From Heterodontus francisci (lineage: Eukaryota), in contig NC_090390.1 in the NCBI RefSeq assembly GCF_036365525.1, positions 63,179,559 through 63,243,558 on the forward strand: a DNA stretch of 64,000 nucleotides, given 5' to 3'. Made by a program: the position numbers and the translations under genes. The notes under the pieces were generated by a model. That model was not told where the DNA came from. It searched no databases and saw only the letters and a program-made list of their open reading frames with translations. This document shows positions 36,393 to 47,166 of the stretch, in pieces (position 1 is the first letter of the stretch; every line of letters begins with the position of its first letter).

Positions 36393-38103
36393 CCATAATC
36401 TTTGGGGGTATAATACATATTTATTCCTTAAAAATTGATCTAGAAGTTAGGATGCATGTTATACATGGTAACAACTGAAAACAGGTTTTTTGTAGCTTGT
36501 ATTAAAAACCTAATTTTTGAAAGAAATTATCAAGAGGCTATTCGTATGTCTTGAGATTTTTTACATTTATTTACATATATAGAAGCCTTGAAATGTTTCT
36601 GAACCGCTGCCCTCAAATACTTTACACAGCTCCTTTACTGCCTCATCATCTCTCTCATTGTCACCATAAATGGCATCACCACAGACATCATCTTTATCTT
36701 CGTTATCCCAGAGGATGTTGTGCTGGACAATCATGGCGTTTGTGAGGCAACACTTCTGAAAGCCGCACTGGATCAGGGATGGATCATTGGCATCCTAAGC
36801 TTCTTTGATCTATTGAGCAATGAGCCAAAGGTCTGGTTTCTTCTGGTTGCCTGATGGTGTAAACACATGTGCTCCAGAGTGGAGCCACATTGGTGCACCT
36901 GTTGTTTAAATGGTCAGCTGCAGCTATGTCCATCACTTGCTACTAGCCTGTCATATCCCTGGGAATAATGACAAGATCCGTAAGATTATCATCTGGGATA
37001 TCCTTGATGTGTGAAATTTGCTGACACCTAAAAGCATCCAAGACCAGCAAATGACATTCCCGAGTGGGGCCTTTGCACCACACGCTACACAACCAGTCTT
37101 TGATCAAACCTTATTCATCCAATCTTTTTCACCTTCACGAATGATCACGCCTTGTGGCCATGTGATATTCTTTGGAAGGATTTTTAGTTTTAAGATAATA
37201 TATGACTGCATCTTTGTTCCATCCCATACATCCCAAGCATGAAAGTGAAATGGTTTTTTTGTTACCAGTTGATCTTAAGATGATCGATTTTTTTCCTTTG
37301 ATAGCCATGGTTTAACTGCACGAAATGTCAAAAGGAGGGGTGTCAGATCTTCCTTGGCAATATGGGATGCACTATAGTGGTGTTGCTTTGACAGCCTTAT
37401 GATATAAAGCTGGTACTCACATAACCCATCTTCAAAACCATCAGGCATGCCTTACACCATTGAGTGCATCAATATATGAATACGTCATGTCTTTGCATGA
37501 AGAGGTAGCACCATCTTGGAGATGCTTTAAAGGTGCTTTTGGGGTCCAAAACTTTCATGATATAAAGGGCTTTCAAACAAATTTCTACACTGCTGACTGT
37601 GCATCCACTTGCTTGAAGTTATTGCTTGAGCTGTAGGTGCTGAGTCTTTCTTCCACATCGAGCGGCCATGGCTTGCTTACCGTGGGACTTTAGCTTGCTC
37701 TTTCAGTTTTGCCAAAGTCTAATCTTTGCTTCATAACATGAAATTCCCATGCTGCTGCTCTATTACCATGCTTTTCAGCAACTTCTATCACCTTAAGTTT
37801 GAAGGCTGCCATGTGACTTGCTCTTTTCTCTGCCATATTAACAGTTAGTACAAAGAATCCCGCCTCATGTGTGTCACATGCTACGTTTGATCGATCGATA
37901 AACATGTGGGACTGGCCACTCAGCAGAATAGGCTGGATACAGACCCTTTAGCTTAGCCAGATTGGCTCACTACTTTTGTCAATAAAGGGTCACTTTGAAT
38001 GTAGCATTGTAAAAGTCTAGGTGCATATTATACCTAGTGATAAGGCAAATTTGTCTTTTCATTCACAAAAGTCTAGCTGTGTATTATATTGAGAAAATTA
38101 TGT
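36393..38103 (-). mobile_element. Degenerate pogo-like (Tc1/mariner superfamily) DNA transposon
   Basis: Brinker-like DNA-binding domain AAFKLKVIEVAEKHGNRAAAWEF; DDE_1 remnants; ends TA|CCATAATCTT ... AAAATTATGT. Confidence 0.7.
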
Positions 38104-39793
38104 TTTTTTCTTTATCTTTCTTGCATTGAAGTTCCATCCCGCTTTCAACAAATATTAAGCCAAACATTTTGAGGTCTTCATGCGCGGCAATGGCAACAAA
38201 AGATGGATTTTGCTAAGTAATCCTCATCAGTGAGCATCCAAAGACACCTATGAACATTTCTCTCACTTTGGTCAGTTGAAGCTTTTTGCTCACTCAGGTA
38301 AAAGCCTAGCCTGGATATCTAATCCAGTGTTCCACTCAAATTTCACTTGGGTACAATTTTTATAATGAAATCTGTCTGTCCAATGCAGACAGGGGTTGCA
38401 AGACTGCAATTTTCTCAAAACTTCCTGTTGCTTGCAAGCTTGTATTTTTGCCCAGTTAACAGGCCAGTTTAATGAGCAAGTATATTACCTGCCTCACATA
38501 TTCAAAGTTCCCCCTATAGCAGAGGCATTGGCTCATTTGATTTTACAGTAGAAACATAATAATCACCTTGACCTAATTAGCATCTACACAGAGTGGGCTC
38601 ATCTCATGTTAGCCATCTGGGTTATGGGGGATTTGGGCTTTTTTTTGCCTCAATCAGAAGCGTCTGAGAGGTGGTATGTATAACATAGTAAATAGTAAGC
38701 AAAAGGTACATGTGACAGTTTGCAAGAGTAGGTCAAGGAGAACAGATTCAAACCAGTAAAAGGCAAATTCAGGACTGATAACAGGATATTTTTCACATAA
38801 TGAATAATAATAAATGCAACGAATTCCCAGGTAATGTAGTACAGCCAAAACCCTGAAATCATTTAAGAACCAATTGGATACTGCAGTGGATGGATGAACT
38901 GTAAGACTGGCCTTCTTCAACTGTAAATACCTTGTGATGCTACCAGCTACAGTGGTGTTAAAGAAAGTTGCATTTGGAAGCTTCACATCCATACTTCCTG
39001 TACAGAACAAGCATGGGCATGATGTGACTTAGTTAAATTAAGAATGAATAAACCATATCTTGAAATTCTTCTTGAGATCAAGTCTAACTTGTGTCTATAT
39101 GGGGCCGTTGTGGGAGATTAATTTAGATAATTAATTATGTTTTTAAAGTTCTGTTCTCCACCATCTGCAAGTTCCGCTCACATCATGCACCACGCTGACT
39201 TGGAAATATATTGCCGTTCCTTCTCTGTCGCTGGGCCAAAGCCCTGGAACTCCCTCTCTAACAGCACTGTGGGACTACCTTTAACACATGGATTGCAGCG
39301 GTTCAAGACAGTGACTGAGCACCAGGGATGGGTGAAGCAACTCAAGTTCTGTATGGAAGGAATCTGATCTCTATTGCACTTTCTGAAATGTCAAATTTGA
39401 ACTGTTTTGTAATGTATTTTTTATGAATAAAATATATTCATGGGCAATGCCCAGATCCCATGAACGAAAGCCCGCCCCCCCCCCAAAAAAAGCCTTCATT
39501 TGCTAGGACGACCGTCAACTAATTATTTCAAAATTAATTACCAGTTAAGAATTTAAATAGGAGAAAACTAGCCATTGGCGAAAATTTATGTTGTCATTAT
39601 TTGTCGACCTGGTTTTACCCAATAGTATCGATCACAGCTGTGTGTGTGTGTGTGTATATATATCTATTTAGAAAGCTGCTCTGTAAACGGATATAGAGGC
39701 GGTGCTAGAGTTTAGTTGAGTGCATAGACTGTGCGTGTGGGGGTTATTCCGTGTTATACTTTGTGTGCAACTGGTCTCTCGTGATAAAGCAAC

Positions 39794-39845
39794 ATGGCGT
39801 GGAAGGTCGGTGTCGCTGCAATTGTATTGTGTCTCATCATAATTG
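39794..39845 (+). CDS. TGN38/TGOLN2-KCT2 family gene, exon 1 (signal peptide)
   Basis: Kozak gcaacATGG; MAWKVGVAAIVLCLIII(G); donor G|gtaagt, phase 1, matching the acceptor at 47167. Confidence 0.85.
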
Positions 39846-41138
39846 GTAAGTTTTTAAATGTAAAAGTCGTGTTAAGATTGCTGGGGTTTGAAAGCGACAA
39901 ACTATCACCTTTGTATTTGCGGGGGAATTAAATTCTTAATGACAGCAGGTACATAGATGCAATGTCCTGTGGGAGTAGTTATCCAACAGCCCAGGTTAGA
40001 CTGTTCAAGCGGTAAGTGGGTGATACTCGGGTGTTGGGAATCTTCACTCCGGTATTGGATTGTAAAGACTTTGTAGAAATGCCCAAAGGAGGAAGTTCTG
40101 ATTCCACTGTAACCAAAATGAGGTCATTTATCCTTCAGTGAGAAGTGGAAGGGCCGTAATTTAAATATTGAGTGGGAAGGGGGTTATATTCGCTTGAAGT
40201 TGTCATTTCTTAAATATCCAGTGTTATTTGGAGCTAATTTAATGTGATCTGACCTCTCTTGGGCACGTGGTTGAATGGAGAGGTTAGGAACCAGTTTCAC
40301 AATATCCAACGCCTAAAATTTTGGTTTCATTTCACTTTCCTTTCACTGCTTCCTGTTTTATTTTGGAAGAGAAGGCTTTGTTTTTGTTCATGATGTGGGT
40401 CTTAAATTTCCGGCATATTTGCACCAGAGATGCGCGCAAGTAATGTACAGCCTGAAAAAGTGGGGAATGGGGGGGGGGGATTGTGGTCACAACTGAATTA
40501 TGTGCGAGTGCAATACGTGCTCTTCTCAATCCTTTGGTCAGTAATCGCTCCACCCATAATAATGGTCCCGCCCCTAAACTCCGAAGCTTCATGAGTTTCC
40601 TGCTTACGCCAGTTCGGGGGTTCTGTTGAGAGTTGAGACCAGGTTTTCAGGTGTAAACAAATTTCATTGCAATTTTTAAACGTCTCATTTATTCTCACTT
40701 GAGACATGTATTGCTTTCTGTATAAACCACATTAAAAATTGAAAAGCTTCCCCGATTACAAGTTCTTGCACCTGCTGTTAATGGTTAAATGAGTTCAAAC
40801 TTTCAATATAATATGGTGAGTTTGGTGCTTTGGTTCCTTATTTGTACTGTTTTGCACCCATTTTACATTTGGGAGTATTCTAATGAGATTCACCAGAAAA
40901 TTAGTGGCATTTTCAAGTCTAACTGCTGGATTTTGCCCAATGAGGAAAATCCAGACTATCAACATTCAACATTGTACTTTAGTTTGTCCAGTACTTGTCA
41001 ACAAAAGGGTACCCATTCGAAATACAAGTAGACCTTGTATGATAGAAACAATGTACCCAAGTAAAATTGGTCATAACATTAATATGCAATCTCATTTCAG
41101 CTGATTTCAATTTAATTCCTGACTTGTGCAGTGCAGAT

Positions 41139-41508
41139 CTTTTGTTTGTGGGATGTGAGCATTGCTGGCTAGGCCAGCATTTATTGCCCATCCCTAATTG
41201 TCCTTGAACTGTGGCTCGCTAGGCCATTTCAGAGGGCAGTTAACAGTCAACCACATTGTTGGTCTGGAGTCACATGTAGGCCAGACCACATAAGGATGAC
41301 CGATTTCCTTCCCTAAAGGACATTAGTGAACCAGATGGGTTTTTACAACAATCAACAATGGTTTCATGGTCACCGTTAGACTAGCTTTTTTATTCTAGGT
41401 TTATTAATTGAATTCAAACTTCATATACCATGGCGGGATTCAAACACTTGTCCCCAGAGCTTTAGCCTGGGCTCTGGATTACTCGTCCAGTGACATTACA
41501 CCACTGCA
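41139..41508 (-). mobile_element. SINE made of the 5' ~300 nt and 3' ~70 nt of the tRNA-headed LINE
   Basis: Head and body match 20998-21309; tail matches 22300-22375. Confidence 0.88.
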
Positions 41509-43495
41509 AGTGTACTACAGCCCTCCAAACAGTCAGGGAGAGATAGAGGAGCAGATATGTAGGCAAATCTCAGATGTAAAAGTAATAGGGTGGTAATAGG
41601 GGATTTCAACTTCCCCAATACTAACTGGGATAGTCTTTGTGCAAAAGGCTTTAAGGGGGCGGAATTCGTAAAATGCATACAGGAGAGCTTTTTGAACCAG
41701 CATGTAGAAAATCCTACCAGAGAAAGGGAAGTACTGGACCTAATCCCAGGGAATGAAGCCGGACAAGTTGTAGAAGTGTTGGTGGGGGAGCTTTTGGGGA
41801 TTGTGACCATAACTAAGATTTAAGGTAATGATGGAAAAGAACAAAGATGGACAGGAAATAAAAGTACTGAATTGGAGGAAGGCTGATTTCAATATGATAA
41901 AACAGGCCAAAAGGGACTGGGAGCAGCTACTTGTAGGAAAGTCTACATCAGACCAGTGGGAGTCATTCAAAAAAGAAATAGAGTTCAGGGCCAACATGTT
42001 TGCGTAAAGGTGAAGGGTAGGACCAGCACTCCAGGGAATTCGATGTCAAGGGATATAGAGGATTGGATAAGGGAAAAAAGGCTTATGGCAGATTGAGTGC
42101 TGAAAACAGCAGAGGCCCTAGAGGAGTATAGAAAGTGTAGGGGAGTATTTAAAAAAAAAAGTACTTAGAGCTAAGAGGGGCCATGAAAAAACACTGGCAG
42201 ACAAGATAAAGAAAAATCCCAAGGCATTTTATAAGTATATTAAGGGCAAGAGGATAACCAGGGAAAGAGCAGGGCCTATTAAGGACCAAAGTGGCAATCT
42301 GTGTGGAGCTGGAGGACAGGTGAGATTTCAAATGATTACTTTACATCTGTGTTCACTTTGGAGAAGGATGATGTAGAGATCAGGAAGGGGGATTGTGATA
42401 TACTTGAACAAATTAGCATTGAAGTGGAGGTAGGGGGGGAAAGAAGTATTAGCTATTTTAGTGGGCTTAAAAATGGATAAATCCCCAGGCCTAGATGAGC
42501 TGTATCCCAGGCTGTTGAGGCAAGGGAGGAGATAAGGGCTTTGACATGAATTTTCAAATCCTCTCTGGTCACAGGAAAGGCACCAGAGGACTGGAGGACA
42601 GTGAATGTTGTACCATTAATCAAGAAGGGTAGCAGGGAGAAACCAGGTAATTACAGGCCAGTGAGTCTGACATCAGCGGTAGGATAAGCAGAGCTGTGGC
42701 AAATGGAATTTAATCCTAGGAAGTGTGAGGTGATGCATTTTGGGAGGACTAACAAGGCAAGGGAATATGAAATGGATGGTAGGACCCTAGGAAGTACAGG
42801 GGGTCAGAGGGACCTTGGTGCCCTTGTCCATAAATCACTGAAGGCAGCAGCACAGGTAGATAAGGTGGTTAGAAGCATATGGGATACTTGCCTTTATTAG
42901 CCGAGACAGAATATGAGCAGGGAGGTTATGATGGAGCTGTATAAAATGCCAGTTAGGCAACAGCTGGAGTACTGTGTACAGTTCTGGTCACCACACTATA
43001 GGAAGGATGTGATTGCACTGGAGAGGGTGCAGAGGAGATTCACTGCCTGAGCTGGAGCATTTCAGCTATGGAGAGAGACTGGATAGGCTAGGGTTGTTTC
43101 TCTTTGAGCAGAGAAGGCTGAGGGGGGGGGACCTGATTGAGGGATACAAAGTTGAGGGGCATTGATAGGATAGATAGGAAGGAACTCTTTCCCTTAGTGG
43201 ATGGGTCAATAACCAAGGTGCATAGTTTTAAGATGAGGGATAGGAGGTTTAGAGGGGATTTGAGGAAATTTTTCAACTAGAGGGTGGTTAGAATCTGGAA
43301 CACACTGCCTGAAGTGGTAATAGACGCAGGAACCCTCACAACATTGAAATATTCAGATGAGGGCTTGAAACGCTATAGCGCAAAGGCTACAGGCCAAGTG
43401 CTGGAAAATGGGATTGGAATAGTTTAAGTGCTTGATGTCCGGCACAGACATGATAGGCCAAAGGGCCTGCTTCTGTGCTGTATAACTGACTCACT
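41509..43495 (+). mobile_element. CR1 LINE (same family as 11860-14825) with the RT core deleted
   Basis: Colinear with the 11860 copy but jumps from YRPVSLTS to WQMEFN near 42685. Confidence 0.9.
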
Positions 43496-43571
43496 CTACT
43501 TTCTATGGAGGAATTCTATGCCTTCTCTAGCTGGAGTATTTATATTGCAAGTTTGCTTTGGCAGTAAAGGA

Positions 43572-46265
43572 GTTTTTTTTATTCATTCACGGGATGTGGA
43601 CGTCACTGGCCAGGCCAGCATTTGTTGCCCATCCCTAATTGCCCTTGAGAAGGTGGTGGTGAGCTGCCTTCTTGAACCGCTGCAGTCCATGTGGGGTAGG
43701 TACACCCACAGTGCTGTTAGGAAGGGAGTTCCAGGATTTTGACCCAGTGACAGTGAAGGAACGCGATATAGTTCCAAGTCAGGATGGTGTGTGACTTGGA
43801 GGGGGACTTGCAGGTGGTGGTGTTCCCATGTATTTGCTGCCCTTGTCCTTCTAGTTGGTAGAAGTCGCGGGTTTGGAAGGTGCTGTCGAAGGAGCCTTGG
43901 TGCATTGCTGCAGTGCATCTTGTAGATGGTACACACTGCTGCCACTGTGCGTCGGTGGTGGAGGGAGTGAATGTTTGTAGATGGGATGCCAATCAAGCGG
44001 GCTGCTTTGTCCTGGATGGTGTCGAGCTTCTTGAGTGTTGTTGGAGCTGCACCTATCCAGGCAAGTGGAGAGTATTCCATCACACTCCTGACTTATGCCT
44101 TGTAGATTGTGGACAGGCTTTGGGGAGTCAGGAGGTGAGTTACTCACCTCAGGATTCCTAGCCTCTGACCTGCTCTTGTAGCCACGGTATTTATATGGCT
44201 ACTCCAGTTCAGTTTTCGGTCAATGGTAGCCCCTAGGATGTTGATAGTGGGGGATTCAGCGATGGTAATGCCGTTGAATGTCAAGGGGAGATGGTTAGAT
44301 TCTCTCTTGTTGGAGATGGTCATTGCCTGGCACTTGTGTGGTGCGAATGTTACTTGCCACTTATCAGCCCAAGCCTGGATATTGTCCAGGTCTTGCTGCA
44401 TTTCTACACGGACTGCTTCAGTATCTGAGGAGTCACGAATGGTGCTGAACATTGTGCAATCATCAGCGAACATCCCCACTTCTGACCTTATGATTGAAGG
44501 AAGGTCTTTTATGAAGCAGCTGAAGATGGTTGCGCCTAGGACTCTACCCTGAGGTACTCCTGCAGTGATGTCCTGGAGCTCAGATGATTGACCTACCACA
44601 ACCATCTTCCTTTGCGCTAGGTATGACTCCAGCCAGTGGAGGGTTTTCCTCCTGATTCTCATTAACCTCAGTTTTGCTAGGGCTCCTTGATGTCATACTC
44701 GGTCAAATGCTGCCTTGATGTCAAAGGCAGTCACTCTCACCTCACCTCTTGAGTTCAGTTCTTTTGTCCATGTTTGACCAAGGCTGTAACGAGGTCAGGA
44801 GCTGAGTGGCCCTGGTGGAACCCAAACTGAGCATCACTGAGCAGGTTGTTGCTAAGCAAATGTCGCTTGATGGCACTGTTGATGACACCTTCCATCACTT
44901 TACTGATGATTGAGAGTAGGCTAATGGGGCGGTAGTTCGCCGGGTTGGATTTGTCCTGCTTTTTGTGTACAGGACATACCTGGGCAATTTTCCACATTGC
45001 AGGGTAGATGCCAGTGTTGTAGCTGTACTGGAACAGCTTGGCTAGGGGCGCGGCAAGTTCTGGAGCACAGGTCTTCAGTACTATTGCTGGAATGTTGTCA
45101 GGCCCCATAGCTTTTGCAGTATCCAGTGCCTTCAGTCGTTTCTTGATATCACGTGGAGTGAATCGAATTGGCTGAAGTTTGGTATCTGTGATGCTGGGGA
45201 CTTCAGGAGGAGGCCGAGATGGATCATCAACTCGGCACTTCTGGCTGAAGATTGTTGCAAATGCTTCAGCCTTATCTTTCGCACTGATGTGCTGGGCTCC
45301 CCCATCATTGAGGATGGGGATATTTGTGGAGCCACCTCCTCCAGTTAGTTGTTTAATTGTCCACCGCCATTCACGGCTGGATGTGGCAAGACTGCAGAGC
45401 TTAGATTTGATCCGTTGGTTATGGGATCGCTTAGCTCTGTGTCACATGCTGCTTACGCAGTTTGGCGTGCAAGTAGTCCTGGGTTGTAGCTTCACCAGGT
45501 TGCCACCTCATTTTGAGGTATGCCTGGTGCTGCTCCTGGCATGCCCTCCTCCACTCTTCATTCAACCAGCGTTGGTCTCCTGGCTTGATGGTAATGGTAA
45601 AGTGGGGGATATGCCGGGCCATGAGGTTACAGATTGTGGTTGAGTACAATTCTGATGATGGCCCACAGTGCCTCATGGATGCCCAGTTTTGCATTGCTAG
45701 ATCCATTCGAAATCTATCCCATTCAGCACGGTGATAGTGCCACACAACACGATGGACGGTATCCTCAATGTGAAGGCAGGACTTTGTCTCCACAAGGTCA
45801 CTCCTACCAATACTGTCATGGACAGATGCATCTGCGGCAGACAGATTGGTGAGGACAAGGTAGAGTATGTTGTTCCCTCGTGTTGGTTCCCCCACCACCT
45901 GCCGCAGACCCAGTCTAGCAGCCATGTCCTTTAGGACTCGGCCAGCTTGGTCAGTAGTGGTGCTACCGAGCCACTCATGGTGATGGACATTGAAGTCCCC
46001 CACCCAGAGTACATTTTGTGCCCTTGCAGTGCTTCCTCCAAGTGCTGTTCAACATGGAGGAGTACTGAGTCATCAGCTGAGGTAATCAGTAGGAGGTTAC
46101 CTTGCCCATATTTGATCTGATGCCATGAGACTTCATGAGGTCCGGAGTCGATGTTGAGGACTCCCAGGGCAACTCTCTCCCTACTGTATACCCCTGTGCC
46201 ACCACCTCTGCTGGGTCTGTCCTGTCGGTGGGACAGGACGTACCCGGGGATGGTGATGGCGGTGT
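43572..46265 (-). mobile_element. Long 5'-truncated copy of the tRNA-headed LINE (CR1 superfamily ORF2, endonuclease plus RT)
   Basis: GDFNVHH, GPDNIP, NYRPISLLS, QFGF, GVPQG, MFADD, MEYSPLAW; poly(A) tail; few frameshifts. Confidence 0.93.
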
Positions 46266-47166
46266 AGTTATTCAGTGTTTACACACACTTCCTGTGAACA
46301 ATGAAAAAACTGGTGTGTAAAAGCAAAAAGGCAAGTCTGAGAATCTTTCAGATATTTTTAACTTTTTATGCGCCTATAATTTTTATTCTTGCTTCCCTGA
46401 TGTGCAAATCTACTGAGTTCATAAGCTTGAGGCCAGTCTTGCATTTTGTAACATGGGCAAGTTTCTTTTTTAAAACAAAAAAAAATCTATTTCATGTTGG
46501 TTTCAGAAAATCACACTTCTGATCTCTCAATTTGCCCAAGAGCAACTAGCGACAGCAATTAGATTCTTTAATTTGACATTGGTAGACATGGCTTTCCTTT
46601 TTTAAAGACTATATTCTTAGCCTGCCATGAACAATATCATGATACATACCTAGTATCAAGATAACACTATGTGAGGAGGAGAAAATGAAGCAGTGAGATG
46701 TGTATTATTTATGTTGAATACATAGACTCTTGATCTGCTTAATTTAGCCAAACTGCCAGATTTTACATAACTAAAATAAGGGATCCAGGAGGAGAAAACT
46801 TTTCCTGTAACTTAATCCAGTGGCATAATTCAGAGGAGGATTTTTGGATTCCTGGCGAGCATTTATTCAAAAATCACCAAAGTTAGTCATTTACCTCATT
46901 ACTGTTTGTAGGAGTTTCCTGCACATATGTTAGCAGCTGTCTGATTACATTGCAATTATTACATTTTGCTGGGAATTTTTTGGGGCGCCTGAAAATGTGA
47001 AAGGCAGTGCCTTATTGTGAAAAACAGTAACCCACTTTTTGCTCTTAGACTTGACTTGCAATATTAGTAAACTCACTGAATTGAATAATGGGATCTTTCA
47101 TATCTATGAATTGCATTAATCTAATTAACTAAACAGATTAACACAGATTACTCTTTGCTGTTGCAG

